From Paludibacteraceae bacterium (GTDB lineage: Bacteria > Bacteroidota > Bacteroidia > Bacteroidales > Paludibacteraceae): 64,000 bases of DNA. The first letter of the stretch is position 1. Every line of letters starts with the position of its first letter. The position numbers and the translations under genes were made by a program. Of the stretch, positions 1 through 10,758 are shown in pieces. The notes beneath the pieces are model-generated. The model saw nothing but the letters and a program-made list of their open reading frames with translations, made no database searches and was not told the DNA's origin. The DNA is taken from assembly GCA_024401645.1 (NCBI GenBank), contig JAKSKR010000003.1, forward strand, positions 11,064 through 75,063. Reading direction: 5' to 3'.

Positions 1-1280
1 AGTGTGGAAATTTCTCCATTTAATCGGCATAAATTGACTCTATATGGTATTGATGGCGACTCGAATTCGTCGATGAACCATCCATCATTAAGAAGTGTTG
101 CCTTGTGTGTTCCACTAACCATTTCTGATAGTAAAGTGTACTTTCCATCTAGACTGACTGAAAAAAGTGACTTTGAATGAACGTTTGGGTAAACACACTC
201 AATTAGTAACTTTTTGTCGTTTTCATCGAATCCTACCAACCGAGTCATTTCGTTGTCAAGATTGAACAGCTGTGTCGTGTCCCGATGGTCTATGGAGCAA
301 AGGTAAGGATGGTTAAACCCGTTTCTGCGACTTTGCCAAATGAAATGATGGCCATCTCCAATAAAGACCGGTGCGTGTTCGGGTTCGGTGTACCTGTCAT
401 CGTCCTCTTCCAAAACAGTTTTTTCATACCTTCCTGTCTTGACGTCGAAAAGGTTAAGGCGACAATGTTGTTGGTCTCTTGTTAGTTCTGCTGCAGTTAG
501 CTGATTATCGTTGGGAGTGAAACTTATGCAGCAGAGATAGTCTTCTTTTGCCCCTTGCTTTTCAATAAATGTGACCTTTTTATCGGTTAGGTCATAAATA
601 CCTAATGTTGTTTCTTCGCTTGCTTTCCCTGACATAGGGTAGCGAATGTTGCGTACTGTTGCAATGGGATCTTCAATGTCGACAAGTGGATAATTGGTAA
701 CGTGGCTTTGGTCGGTAACAAAGAATGCCAAGTGCTTGCCATTGTTACTCCAAAATGTACCTTTTTCGTTGCCAAACTCGTCTCGTGCTGCGGTTTGTCC
801 AGCGGTTATTGCATCGTTATCTGATTCATATACTTTTCCAGTTTTTCCTCCTAAATCTAGAAGGTACAGGCCATTCCCCTTAATGAATGCGAACTGTCTT
901 GCTTTGGCATTATAGTCGAAACCCTCCCAATCGGCATCAATCCCTATCCTGTTTTCAATTGTTAGTCTTATGAGATTGACGAAGAGAATCTCTTCCTTAA
1001 GTTTTATCCAAAAAAGTCCGTTTTCATCGTGGACGGTGTGAAGAGTCGTGCTCTCTGTATATTCTTTACCAATCAGATGCTTTATAGATTCGATATCGTG
1101 TTTACAGAGTGCATGAAGCCCCATTTCATCGACTTTGAAGAATTGAAGTTTATTGTCAAAGATGTACGACAATATTCCATCTGCATATTGCAGCTGTTTG
1201 AAACGTTTGGGTTGGAACTCTTCGTAGCGTTCCCCTCCCGGAATAATACCTTCTAGTGGTAGTGCTTTCAATTCTTTCAT
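1..1280 (-). CDS. S9-family serine peptidase, DPP IV-type N-terminal beta-propeller region (5' part of gene; ORF runs off the window start)
   Basis: My own minus-strand translation from ATG 1280..1278 stays open to position 1: MKELKALPLEGIIPGGERYEEFQPK...FWSNNGKHLAFFVTDQSHVTNYPLVD...IRYPMSGK...LTRDQQHCRLNLFDVKTG. These strings fit the DPPIV_N propeller pattern. It is absent from the ORF track because there is no stop in the window. Confidence 0.7.
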   Translation of the reverse strand, partial: MKELKALPLEGIIPGGERYEEFQPKRFKQLQYADGILSYIFDNKLQFFKVDEMGLHALCKHDIESIKHLIGKEYTESTTLHTVHDENGLFWIKLKEEILFVNLIRLTIENRIGIDADWEGFDYNAKARQFAFIKGNGLYLLDLGGKTGKVYESDNDAITAGQTAARDEFGNEKGTFWSNNGKHLAFFVTDQSHVTNYPLVDIEDPIATVRNIRYPMSGKASEETTLGIYDLTDKKVTFIEKQGAKEDYLCCISFTPNDNQLTAAELTRDQQHCRLNLFDVKTGRYEKTVLEEDDDRYTEPEHAPVFIGDGHHFIWQSRRNGFNHPYLCSIDHRDTTQLFNLDNEMTRLVGFDENDKKLLIECVYPNVHSKSLFSVSLDGKYTLLSEMVSGTHKATLLNDGWFIDEFESPSIPYRVNLCRLNGEIST

Positions 1281-1284
1281 TGTA

Positions 1285-1581
1285 TCAACAAGGTATGCCT
1301 CTTCCTCCCTTTGGGGGCTCTGTTGGTTCCTCTCTTACTTGATTGATGAGTGCACCAATGTGTTGCCTTACGTGTTCCCAACCATCCTCTCCACGGTGTG
1401 GCAGGTTACAGTTGCTACAGTCTTTTACACCATTGGGCAAATATTGGAAGTTCCCTCCACATTCTTTGCCAAGGGCATAAAGCGGACAATAGCAGAACAT
1501 ACAATTAAATGCCATTCCTTCGGTTTCTTGGTGGCAGGGGTAGTAGGGACACTTATCGTTGGTGAAACACTTTTGGCTCAT
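1285..1581 (-). CDS. Standalone cysteine-rich small-domain (zf-like) protein
   Basis: 98-aa ORF with CPYYPCH...NCMFCYCPLY...CGGN...CSNC. This matches my recollection of the 'cysteine-rich small domain' family. It is tightly packed between the receptor gene (14-nt gap) and the peptidase gene (4-nt gap). Confidence 0.6.
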   Translation of the reverse strand: MSQKCFTNDKCPYYPCHQETEGMAFNCMFCYCPLYALGKECGGNFQYLPNGVKDCSNCNLPHRGEDGWEHVRQHIGALINQVREEPTEPPKGGRGIPC

Positions 1582-1595
1582 AATCGGGAATATTT

Positions 1596-4127
1596 TTATT
1601 CTCCTCCAAAGTCAAAGTCTTCCATGTCTTCGTTTCCACCGCCATCTCTCTTCTTCTTGCTGTTGCCACCCATATTGCCGAAGTTGTAGCTTAAGCCTAG
1701 GTTGAAGGTTGTGCCGAAGAATTTCATGTCGTTCTCTTGATCGAAGAATTCGTCATGGGTGTCAGACTTGAATCGGAAAGTATTGAAGATGTCACGGACG
1801 TTAAAGCTAGCCGAAAGCTTACGTTTCAGGAATGAACGCTTTAATCCGGCGTTCATGGTAAACATGTGGTGGCTTCTACCTTGTGCTGTTGCCTTTGGCG
1901 AGTTGTAGTTGGCAGTTATCTGTCCGGCAATGTCTAGTGGCAGTTTAAGGTCTGCACTGACTTTTGCGGTCCAGCTGAAACTTGAATTATCGTCTAGGTA
2001 AACGGCTTTCTTTTCAATGTGACCGTTTCTGTTGACGACGTTAATGTCGAAATGTCCGCCTTCCAAATTGTAATAGTATAAGTTGACGTTCGACGTGAGC
2101 GTTAGGAACTTGATGTGGTTCTTCGCTATGAGTTCAAGACCTTCTTGCTGACATTTGCTCAAGTTACCGAAAGTTGTATTCGAAATTTGACCGTCTACCC
2201 ATGTGTAGCGGCTTACAACATCGTTGGTCAGTTTATAGTAGATGGATGCGGTGTAAAGGTCACCTTCTACATTCTTAACGTAATTGAATTCGATGGAATG
2301 GGTTAATTCCGGATCGAGGTCGGGGTTACCGTAACGCAAGTTCAACGAATCGCTGGTATTTACATAAGGATTAATGGAATGCATGCGTGGACGTGACAAT
2401 CGGCGGGTATAGTTCAACTGAATCTCGTCTTTGTCGCTAATGGTGTAGCTGAAGAATGCCGAAGGGAAAAGGTGGAAGTAGGGGTCTTTCGAACTCTTGT
2501 CGTTTGTGATGTTCTGCTCCCAACTCATGTCGGTTAACTCTCCGCGCAAACCAACGTTATATTTGAAACGCTTGTTGATGGTGCTACTGAATGAAACGTA
2601 TGCAGCATAGATGTTCTGTCGCATCTCGAAATCGTTGTTAACGCTAGCTGGCTTTTCACCATCGTACAAATAGTTGTTTTTCTTGAAATTTCCTTCTATG
2701 GCATTTCTTTCGAAAAATTTTACAGTATCTGTTTTTGTCTGGTCGTTACGCCATTCGGCTTTAGCCCCCAATTCAATCTTACTGCTTTTGCCCATTGGCA
2801 ATGTGTAGTCTGCTTGTGCCGAGTAGTTTGTGGTGTTGGTATTCCTGTTCTCAACCTCAAACGATCTGCTGTTACCAACTGCCTGACGTAACGAATCTAA
2901 CTCCGTTAAGCTGTAATGGTTTTCGTTGTCGTTCTTGCTGCTATTGGCAGAGACTGCTAGGCGAAGATTTTCACCTTCACGTGCAAAGTCGTGATTATAA
3001 TCTAGGCTAGTGTTTAAAACCTTACGGTCGCCATCGGTGGTTGTGTAGTTTGTATTGTAGCGGTTTATGTTGGTCACACCATTGTTGATCTTGCCATAGG
3101 TGTAAACATAGTCCGAAACGAAATCTCGCTGCGCTAGAGAACCTAATCCGGTCCAAGAGATAGAATTACTCTTGTTAATCCTATAAGAAGCTCCTAGACG
3201 TAAGAATTCGCTGTTCATGTCGCGATTTGTAATTGCATCGCTTTGGGTGTAGGTGGTGTCGCGTAGGTAGTTCCTTCTGTTTCGCTTAATGCTACCTTCG
3301 TTGCCACGTCCTTGCCAACCTGCGGCACCAGTTAGTGTCCAGTTGTTGTTGGTGTAGGTGATAGATGCGCCTAGACTACCCGTTATGTGTCCATCAACAG
3401 GCACCGATAGTCCTGCGTTTACGCTTCCATAATAACCTTTCGAATGGTCGTCTTTAAGTACGATGTTGATGATGCCGGCTTCGCCCTCGGCATTGTATTT
3501 AGATGAAGGGTTGGTTATGACTTCAACCCTCTCAATGCTGTTTGCTGGCAGTTGTTCAAGAATCTCGGCACTGTTACCTTCGCCAAATCCGGCAGGCTTG
3601 CCGTTAATGTATATTTCTACGTTCTCGTTACTGCGCAGCGATACGTTACCTTCAACGTCAACATCTACCGATGGCACTTCGCGTAAAAGGTCGCTAACCG
3701 AAACACCTTCTATGACTGCGCTTGAATTGACCAAGAAGGTCTTCTTATCGGCATCTACGTGTAGCGATGTGCGCTGTCCTTTGACTTCTACACCCTGTAG
3801 CATGCTGGCATCATCCTTCATATTCACCTTCATGGCTTTTATGTCGGGCTTTGCACTGGTTAGGCTGACGTTAATCTTCTTGGTCTTGTAGCCCATAAAT
3901 TCTACCTTGATCATGTAATGGCCATTAGGTAGATTATTGAATTGGAAATGACCATCTATGGTGGTCATGTCGGTGTTTAATACCCTGGTAGTATCGCTCT
4001 GTTTGTAGATGAGGACATCGGCATCGGGTAGGGCGCCAGAATCGTCATTCACAACGCCGTGTATTGAACCTGCTAATGCCAATGCTGGTGTAAGCAATGC
4101 GTTTGCAAATAAGATAATTTTCTTCAT
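1596..4127 (-). CDS. TonB-dependent receptor-like outer-membrane beta-barrel protein with N-terminal carboxypeptidase-regulatory-like domain
   Basis: 843 aa. It has a signal peptide (MKKIILFANALLTPALALA), a CarboxypepD_reg-like start (GSIHGVVNDDSGALPDADV...YMIKVEFMGYK) and a plug-like segment (VSDLLREVPSVDVD...VEIYINGKP...IERVEVITNPSSKYNAEG), followed by a long beta-rich C-terminus. Confidence 0.85.
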   Translation of the reverse strand: MKKIILFANALLTPALALAGSIHGVVNDDSGALPDADVLIYKQSDTTRVLNTDMTTIDGHFQFNNLPNGHYMIKVEFMGYKTKKINVSLTSAKPDIKAMKVNMKDDASMLQGVEVKGQRTSLHVDADKKTFLVNSSAVIEGVSVSDLLREVPSVDVDVEGNVSLRSNENVEIYINGKPAGFGEGNSAEILEQLPANSIERVEVITNPSSKYNAEGEAGIINIVLKDDHSKGYYGSVNAGLSVPVDGHITGSLGASITYTNNNWTLTGAAGWQGRGNEGSIKRNRRNYLRDTTYTQSDAITNRDMNSEFLRLGASYRINKSNSISWTGLGSLAQRDFVSDYVYTYGKINNGVTNINRYNTNYTTTDGDRKVLNTSLDYNHDFAREGENLRLAVSANSSKNDNENHYSLTELDSLRQAVGNSRSFEVENRNTNTTNYSAQADYTLPMGKSSKIELGAKAEWRNDQTKTDTVKFFERNAIEGNFKKNNYLYDGEKPASVNNDFEMRQNIYAAYVSFSSTINKRFKYNVGLRGELTDMSWEQNITNDKSSKDPYFHLFPSAFFSYTISDKDEIQLNYTRRLSRPRMHSINPYVNTSDSLNLRYGNPDLDPELTHSIEFNYVKNVEGDLYTASIYYKLTNDVVSRYTWVDGQISNTTFGNLSKCQQEGLELIAKNHIKFLTLTSNVNLYYYNLEGGHFDINVVNRNGHIEKKAVYLDDNSSFSWTAKVSADLKLPLDIAGQITANYNSPKATAQGRSHHMFTMNAGLKRSFLKRKLSASFNVRDIFNTFRFKSDTHDEFFDQENDMKFFGTTFNLGLSYNFGNMGGNSKKKRDGGGNEDMEDFDFGGE

Positions 4128-4229
4128 AAATCTATCTTTTAATTATAAACGCCACCCCGAATACCAATTTTGTATTGGCTGTCTCCGAAATGGCGTTTGT
4201 TTCGTGTGTTCATTTGCATCCAAAAAGGT

Positions 4230-6281
4230 TTAGTCCTTTTTTTCAGTATTATCGTTTCCAGATTCGTCGTTTGCTTTAATCTCGGTATCGTTAGATTCAC
4301 CTGAATTTTGAACATCCGATTCATCTTCGCTTTTCTCTTTGTCTGAAGCTTCTTTTTCTGCAATCAGCTCGTCTTGGCGACTCTGCCATTTACGTTTACC
4401 GAATATTTCTTCTAGGTTTTCGGCAAAGATAACTTCCTTATCAAAAAGTAGGTTGGCCAATTTTTCGTGACCTTCCTTGTTTTCGGTGAGAATCTGTGTC
4501 GCACGTTTGTACTGTTCGTCTATGATGCGCTTTACTTCGGCATCAATCAACTCGGCAGTTTGTGCGCCATAAGGCTTGCTGAAGCCATAGTCGTAGGCTC
4601 CAGTTGAGTCGTAATAGCTGATGTTGCGCAACTTTTCGCTGAAACCGTAATAGGCAACCATTGAGTAAGCCATCTTAAAGGCACGTTCAAGGTCATTCAA
4701 GGCTCCGGTCGATACCTTGTGGAATACGAATTCTTCAGCTGCACGTCCGCCTAGCAACGAACAAAGTTCGTCAAGCATTTGTTCCGATGTCGTAAGCTGT
4801 CTTTCTTCTGGCAAGTACCATGCTGCACCCAGTGCTTTGCCTCGTGGCACGATGGTAACCTTAACCAATGGATTGGCGTATTGTAGCATCCAGCTAATGG
4901 TTGCGTGTCCGGCTTCGTGAACCGCAATGCTACGTTTTTCCTCCTTTGTTGTAATCTTATTTTTCTTCTCTAAACCGCCTATTATTCGGTCAACGGCATC
5001 AAGGAAGTCTTGCTTGTCAACCTTTTCTTTCTTTCTACGGGCGGCAATTAGGGCTGCTTCGTTACATACGTTAGCGATGTCTGCACCCGAAAAACCTGGC
5101 GTTTGACGTGCAAGGAAGTCAATGTCGAGTTCTTCGTTGAGCTTGAGTGGACGCAAGTGGACTTCGAAGATTTCCTTTCGGTCGTGTACGTCTGGAAGGT
5201 CTACACTGATTTGCCTGTCGAATCGGCCTGCTCTAAGCAATGCCTTATCCAAAATGTCTACTCGGTTGGTTGCTGCCATGACGATGACGCCACTGTTCGA
5301 ACCAAATCCGTCCATTTCGGTCAATAATTGGTTAAGTGTGTTTTCGCGTTCGTCATTGCTTCCCATGTTCGGATTCTTACCGCGGGCACGGCCCACAGCA
5401 TCAATTTCGTCGATGAAAACGATACATGGTGCTTTTTCCTTTGCTTTTTGGAAGAGATCACGTACGCGCGATGCTCCAACACCTACAAACATTTCCACAA
5501 AGTCGGAACCTGCCATTGAGAAGAATGGAACGTTGGCTTCGCCGGCTACAGCTTTTGCCAATAGGGTTTTACCTGTTCCTGGAGGACCTACCAAAAGGGC
5601 ACCCTTTGGAATTTTTGCACCAAGTTCGGTGTAACGTTTCGGATCTTTAAGGAACGATACTATTTCCGTAACTTCTTCTTTGGCTTCTGTTAGCCCGGCA
5701 ACATCCTTAAAGGTTACGCGAGATGCAGAGTTCTTGTCGAACATCTTTGCTTGGCTCTTTCCAACGTTAAAGATGCCACCGCCAGCACCACCACCGCCAC
5801 TCATTCGGCGCATCATGAAAATCCAAAGGCCGACGATGAGAAGAATAGGCCCGAAGGTCATAAGAAGGCTACCAATGTAGTCCTGTTCTTCGGTATAGGT
5901 GGTTTTAATGTCGCTTTGCTCGTTTTCTGGCTTGTTCTCGTTGTACTTGTCTTGCCACTTGGTAAGGTTCTCGGTGAACTTGTCGGGCGAAGGGATGGCA
6001 ACAGTCATGAAGGGTTTTGCCTTGTACTTTGCAGAATCGGCGCCAAATGCAACACCAACCTTGTCGGCCTTAATGCGTAATAAGGCTGTCTTTTTATTCG
6101 TGGTTACTGTAATTTCTTCTACAGTACCTTGTTCTACTAGCTTCTGAACCTGGTTGTAGCTTATTTCTTTCGACACTACACCATAGTCTAGAAAGTTGAG
6201 GGCAATCAGCACAATTACAATTGCGCCGAACACCCAGTTCATACTGAATTTTGGTAACTTATTATTGTTGTTATCTGCCAT
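4230..6281 (-). CDS. ftsH: ATP-dependent zinc metalloprotease FtsH
   Basis: Walker [19 protein letters not shown], Walker B/SRH region ([11 protein letters not shown]...[19 protein letters not shown]), zinc motif HEAGHA and an N-terminal TM segment. Confidence 0.97.
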   Translation of the reverse strand: MADNNNNKLPKFSMNWVFGAIVIVLIALNFLDYGVVSKEISYNQVQKLVEQGTVEEITVTTNKKTALLRIKADKVGVAFGADSAKYKAKPFMTVAIPSPDKFTENLTKWQDKYNENKPENEQSDIKTTYTEEQDYIGSLLMTFGPILLIVGLWIFMMRRMSGGGGAGGGIFNVGKSQAKMFDKNSASRVTFKDVAGLTEAKEEVTEIVSFLKDPKRYTELGAKIPKGALLVGPPGTGKTLLAKAVAGEANVPFFSMAGSDFVEMFVGVGASRVRDLFQKAKEKAPCIVFIDEIDAVGRARGKNPNMGSNDERENTLNQLLTEMDGFGSNSGVIVMAATNRVDILDKALLRAGRFDRQISVDLPDVHDRKEIFEVHLRPLKLNEELDIDFLARQTPGFSGADIANVCNEAALIAARRKKEKVDKQDFLDAVDRIIGGLEKKNKITTKEEKRSIAVHEAGHATISWMLQYANPLVKVTIVPRGKALGAAWYLPEERQLTTSEQMLDELCSLLGGRAAEEFVFHKVSTGALNDLERAFKMAYSMVAYYGFSEKLRNISYYDSTGAYDYGFSKPYGAQTAELIDAEVKRIIDEQYKRATQILTENKEGHEKLANLLFDKEVIFAENLEEIFGKRKWQSRQDELIAEKEASDKEKSEDESDVQNSGESNDTEIKANDESGNDNTEKKD

Positions 6282-6298
6282 AAACAGTTTTTTCTGTG

Positions 6299-6667
6299 TT
6301 AGTCAACGTCTGGAATCTCGTTGATGGTAGCGTCTTCCCAAAGGGTTTCGAGTTGGTAAAAAGCGCGTGCTTCTGGTTGGAATACGTGAACAATAATGGT
6401 TCCGTAGTCCATTGCTACCCATTCTGCGTTTGCCATACCATCAACAGCAAAAGGCTTAACGCGAAGTTCTTCACGGACGTGGTCTTTAATGTTTTCGGCA
6501 ATTGAGTTGACTTGGGTGCTTGATTCACCTTCGCAGATTACAAAGTACCCGCAGGTGTAGTTCTCAAGGTCTGTCATGTCAACAATAACTGTCTTCTTAC
6601 CTTTAACGTCCTGAATACCTTCTACTATCTTTTCAATAATCTTCTTATCGTCTGTGCTTTTGTTCAT
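6299..6667 (-). CDS. rsfS: Ribosome silencing factor RsfS (iojap family)
   Basis: 122 aa with ...CDYFVICEG-like YFVICEGESSTQV...WVAMDYGTIIVHVF...Y.LE.LW pattern. It sits immediately upstream of ftsH, as is common. Confidence 0.9.
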   Translation of the reverse strand: MNKSTDDKKIIEKIVEGIQDVKGKKTVIVDMTDLENYTCGYFVICEGESSTQVNSIAENIKDHVREELRVKPFAVDGMANAEWVAMDYGTIIVHVFQPEARAFYQLETLWEDATINEIPDVD

Positions 6668-6685
6668 AAAATGATGTGTCTCTTT

Positions 6686-8023
6686 TTATTTTAATAAATT
6701 GTTAACCGCATTTTCTACCTTTTCGAAGTGGAAATCTCCAATGGTAGCATCCATCAAAGCCTTTATGCGGTCGTTGCAAAGGTTGCCAATGCTACCTTCG
6801 TGGGTGTGATGGATGTTCTTGTTTGGCTTGAATCTGCCGTTTTCACAATCAAGACCTACCTTCTTGTAAGCATCACGGAAAGGCATGCCTTCTGTTGCAA
6901 GACGGTTTACTTCTTCCACACTGAATATGAAGTCGTATTTAGGATCATCAAGAATGTGGTCGTTAATGGTAACCTTGTCCATAATGTAGGTCGCCATTTT
7001 AATGCAGTCCTTCAATTGGTCAATTGCAGGAATAAAGATTTCCTTTATCTGTTGCAAGTCGCGGAAGTAACCGACAGGAAGGTTGCTGATGATCATCATT
7101 ATCTGCTGCGGAACACTCTGAATCTGGTTGCATTTTGCACGAGTTAGCTCGAATACGTCCGGATTCTTCTTGTGTGGCATGATGCTAGAACCGGTTGTGC
7201 AGTCGTCTGGCAACTTCATGAATGCGAAGTTTTGGTTGGTAAACATACATGCGTCAAACGCAAGCTTACCAATGGTGGCTGCTATGCTGGCCAATGCCAT
7301 GGCAACGGTCTTCTCCATCTTACCACGACCCATTTGGGCGTAAACAACGTTGTAGTCCATCGAGTCGAAACCAAGAAGGTCGGTGGTCATCTGTCTGTTA
7401 AGAGGGAAAGATGAACCATAACCTGCTGCCGAACCTAATGGGTTACGGTTGGTGATGTGGTAAGCTGCCAAAAGCAACTCCATATCGTCAACTAGGCTTT
7501 CTGCGTATGCGCCAAACCAAAGGCCGAAAGACGAAGGCATGGCAATTTGCAAGTGGGTGTAGCCCGGCATAAGCACGTTCTTGTATTTTTCACTCTGCGA
7601 AATCAACACTTCAAAGAGATGTTGGCAAAGGTACACTATCTCTTCAATCTCGCTACGGGTGTAGAGCTTCATGTCGAGTAGCACCTGGTCGTTACGGCTT
7701 CGACCACTGTGAATCTTTTTGCCAAGGTCGCCAAGCTTACGGGTTAGCATAAGCTCAACTTGCGAGTGGACGTCTTCAACACCTTCTTCAATTACGAATT
7801 CGCCTTTCTTGGCAATTTCATAAATGCCTTTTAACTCCTTAAGCAATACAGGAAGCTCTTCCTTGCCAATTAGGCCAATGCTTTCAAGCATGGTGATGTG
7901 TGCCATTGAACCGAGAACGTCGTGTTTTGCTAAATACAGGTCGAGTTCGCGGTCACGTCCTACTGTAAAGCGGACAATATCTTCATTAGTGGTCTTTCCT
8001 TTATCCCACAAGTGTTCTGCCAT
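6686..8023 (-). CDS. argH: Argininosuccinate lyase
   Basis: 445 aa with HSGRSRNDQV, PGYTHLQIAMP and the fumarate-lyase signature GSSIMPHKKNPD. Confidence 0.95.
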   Translation of the reverse strand: MAEHLWDKGKTTNEDIVRFTVGRDRELDLYLAKHDVLGSMAHITMLESIGLIGKEELPVLLKELKGIYEIAKKGEFVIEEGVEDVHSQVELMLTRKLGDLGKKIHSGRSRNDQVLLDMKLYTRSEIEEIVYLCQHLFEVLISQSEKYKNVLMPGYTHLQIAMPSSFGLWFGAYAESLVDDMELLLAAYHITNRNPLGSAAGYGSSFPLNRQMTTDLLGFDSMDYNVVYAQMGRGKMEKTVAMALASIAATIGKLAFDACMFTNQNFAFMKLPDDCTTGSSIMPHKKNPDVFELTRAKCNQIQSVPQQIMMIISNLPVGYFRDLQQIKEIFIPAIDQLKDCIKMATYIMDKVTINDHILDDPKYDFIFSVEEVNRLATEGMPFRDAYKKVGLDCENGRFKPNKNIHHTHEGSIGNLCNDRIKALMDATIGDFHFEKVENAVNNLLK

Positions 8024-8077
8024 ATCTCTTGTTTTATTTTTAGTCAGTTAGAAATACAAAAATATGAAATCTTTGCG

Positions 8078-8599
8078 TTATAAGTTATCTGTTAAAATGA
8101 AAAACACCATATCTACTAGTAGAATTAGTGATGTAACGGCCAGTCCTAACCATATCGGAAAGAAGTTTTGGAACTTCTTTCTCCTTAATGTGTATATGGC
8201 ATTGGCAATAAAACTGGCAGCAGCTATGCCAACGTTTATGCCCATAAGCGCATTGCGCATCCAACCTTCTCCGGTCAATCTTCCTAGCCTGATTGCCAAT
8301 AAGGTGGCGGCAAGGATTACAATGGCACCGAATGCAAGGTTTACGTATTTGCGCACCTTGTTCTTCTTCGGAGAATATAAGGCAGACAAGCGTTCATGGC
8401 GTTGTTGCTCTTCTAGTTCTTCCGAAGAAATACAGATTTCTTTCAGATAAACCTGGAAGTTCTTGCCTTTATTTTCTATTTTCTGTCGCCATTCTTGGTA
8501 ATTGTTTTCGAGCTTCGACTTGCATTTCGGACACAACATCAAAAACTCGGTTTTCACCTCTACCAGAGTGTTACATTTGGTGCATTTTATTAGATACAT
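8078..8599 (-). CDS. Hypothetical membrane protein with N-terminal CxxC...CxxC zinc ribbon
   Basis: 173 aa. N-terminus CTKCNTLVEV...CPKCKS, followed by about 3 hydrophobic segments. No function recognised. Confidence 0.5.
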   Translation of the reverse strand: MYLIKCTKCNTLVEVKTEFLMLCPKCKSKLENNYQEWRQKIENKGKNFQVYLKEICISSEELEEQQRHERLSALYSPKKNKVRKYVNLAFGAIVILAATLLAIRLGRLTGEGWMRNALMGINVGIAAASFIANAIYTLRRKKFQNFFPIWLGLAVTSLILLVDMVFFILTDNL

Positions 8600-8629
8600 C
8601 CGTGTTCGTTTGTTTTTTAGTAACCAAAG

Positions 8630-9913
8630 TTAAGAAAAAAATGCATACGCAATAAAAATTGCTGCAATGGCACCGCCTATATCTGCAACTAAACCTGCGC
8701 TGACTGCGTAGCGTGTCTTCTTAATACCTACTGACCCGAAATACAAGGCTATGATGTAGAACGTGGTGTCGGCTGCTCCTTGGAACAGACAACTCAGCTT
8801 CCCCGGAAACGAGTCTACACCGTATGTGGTCATTGTTTCTATCATGATGGCTTTTGCTCCGCTACCGCTCAATGGCTTGATGATTGCCGTTGGCAGGGCA
8901 TCGACAAATCGGGTGTCGTTTAGCCAACCCAAGCTGAATTTTACGATGTCTAACAAAAAATTGAGCGCACCAGAATCTCTCATTACGCCAATGGCAACTA
9001 ACATTCCCACCAAGTAGGGCATTACTTTAACTGATGTATGAAAACCATCCTTGGCGCCATCGATAAATGCTTCGTACACGTTGATGCGTTTAAATAGGGC
9101 TACTCCTAAAAACGCTATAATTATGGAGAATAGCACGAAGTTGCTTGCTACTTTTGAAACAATGACAATGGTTTCTTTGGTGATGGTGTAGTGAATCCTG
9201 AAAAAATCAATATTCCATTGTGCACCATTCCCTAATGCCCAGAATATGGCGATGGATGCGGCTATAAAGGCTATTGCCGAAAGTAATGTTGTCATTACTA
9301 TCTTGTTGGTTAGGTCAAGTCCTTGGCGTATGCCAACATAAAGAATTGCAATGATGGTCGATGCAAATGTCGATAGCAGCAACGGTATGAAAATATCAGT
9401 AGGATTTGCTGCTCCCAATATGGCTCTTTGTGTCATGATGGCTATCGGCATTATGGTCAACCCCGATGTGTTTAAGGCCAAGAACATGATTTGTGCGTTG
9501 CTGGCAGAATCTTTGTTCGGATTTAACTCTTGCAGACTTTTCATGGCTTTCAGACCAAGTGGGGTGGCGGCATTGTCAAGTCCAAGCATGTTCGCCGAAA
9601 AGTTCATGACAAGTTCCCCGTTTACAGGATGGTCTTTGGGGATTTCTGGGAAAAGTTTTTCGAAAAATGGTCCAATAATTCTTGCTAGGAAGTTGATTGC
9701 ACCAGCCTTCTGACCAACGTTCATTAATCCAAGCCACAATATCATAGTACCGGTTAGGGGTAAGGCAATGTCCATGACCGAGACTTTAGCCATGGTAAAA
9801 GTTCCGTTCATTATGCGTTCGAATACTCCCCAGTCGCCGAAAAAGATACTTTTTGTCAGTGCGGCGATGAATGCAATTAGGAAAAATCCAACCCAGATGT
9901 AGTTGAGAGCCAT
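8630..9913 (-). CDS. Nucleoside-recognition (Gate) domain membrane protein, SpmA/SpmB-like fusion
   Basis: 427-aa polytopic protein. The N-terminal string MALNYIWVGFFLIAF...MNGTF..AK.SV.IALPLTG.M.LWLGLM is typical of SpmA-like proteins. Confidence 0.75.
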   Translation of the reverse strand: MALNYIWVGFFLIAFIAALTKSIFFGDWGVFERIMNGTFTMAKVSVMDIALPLTGTMILWLGLMNVGQKAGAINFLARIIGPFFEKLFPEIPKDHPVNGELVMNFSANMLGLDNAATPLGLKAMKSLQELNPNKDSASNAQIMFLALNTSGLTIMPIAIMTQRAILGAANPTDIFIPLLLSTFASTIIAILYVGIRQGLDLTNKIVMTTLLSAIAFIAASIAIFWALGNGAQWNIDFFRIHYTITKETIVIVSKVASNFVLFSIIIAFLGVALFKRINVYEAFIDGAKDGFHTSVKVMPYLVGMLVAIGVMRDSGALNFLLDIVKFSLGWLNDTRFVDALPTAIIKPLSGSGAKAIMIETMTTYGVDSFPGKLSCLFQGAADTTFYIIALYFGSVGIKKTRYAVSAGLVADIGGAIAAIFIAYAFFS

Positions 9914-10005
9914 TTTAATGTTTTTTTACATTGCAAATTTAGTAATATTTGAAAAATAGAACGATATTTGTACATTTCTTAATGTGTAATTTAATTTCAT
10001 TTACT

Positions 10006-10728
10006 ATGAGTTTTAATGATAATGACATGCCACAATTTGGTGGTTCTGCTGGAAACCCGATTGATTACACTCTCGGATTGTCTGCTTTTTTCACAAAAGT
10101 TTATGGTTGGATGGCCTTTGCTTTGGTCCTTTCTGGATTGGCTGCATGGTTAACTGGTCATAACGAAGTTATTGCAAAAGCCATTTTTACAGGCTATACA
10201 CCAATGATTTTGTTCGGTGCTGAATTGGCTTTGGTTTTCGCTATTGGCGCTGGCATGAGCCGATGGTCTGCTTCTGTCGTAACAACACTTTTCGTCATTT
10301 ATTCAGTTGTGAATGGTTTGACCTTGGGTGTTATATTTATTGTGTATGAACTGGGCTCTATTGTTAGTACGTTTGCCGTTACTGCACTCACTTTTGGTGC
10401 TATGAGCCTTTATGGCTATACAACAAAGAAAGATCTTACTGGAATTGGTAAGATGTTGTTCTTTGCACTTATTGGTCTAGTTATAGCATCAATTGTTAAC
10501 TTGTTCTTGCAGAACTCAATGTTCGAACTCGTTGTTAGTGCTATTGGCGTTGTCGTGTTTATTGGCTTAACGGCTTACGATACCCAGAAACTGAAAGCAA
10601 TTGCTTATACTGCAGAAGACCAAGAGTCAATGACAAAGTTGGCTGTTTACGGTGCACTCGATTTGTACCTCGACTTCATCAACTTGTTCTTGTACTTGTT
10701 GCGATTCATGGGTAACCGCAGAAACTAA
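10006..10728 (+). CDS. Bax inhibitor-1/YccA family membrane protein
   Basis: About 7 TM segments and a C-terminal ...DFINLFLYLLRFMGNRRN typical of BI-1. I place the start at ATG 10006; the track ORF begins at an upstream TTG. Confidence 0.85.
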   Translation: MSFNDNDMPQFGGSAGNPIDYTLGLSAFFTKVYGWMAFALVLSGLAAWLTGHNEVIAKAIFTGYTPMILFGAELALVFAIGAGMSRWSASVVTTLFVIYSVVNGLTLGVIFIVYELGSIVSTFAVTALTFGAMSLYGYTTKKDLTGIGKMLFFALIGLVIASIVNLFLQNSMFELVVSAIGVVVFIGLTAYDTQKLKAIAYTAEDQESMTKLAVYGALDLYLDFINLFLYLLRFMGNRRN

Positions 10729-10758
10729 ATCGCATTTATTTAAGATACTCGGCTAACA

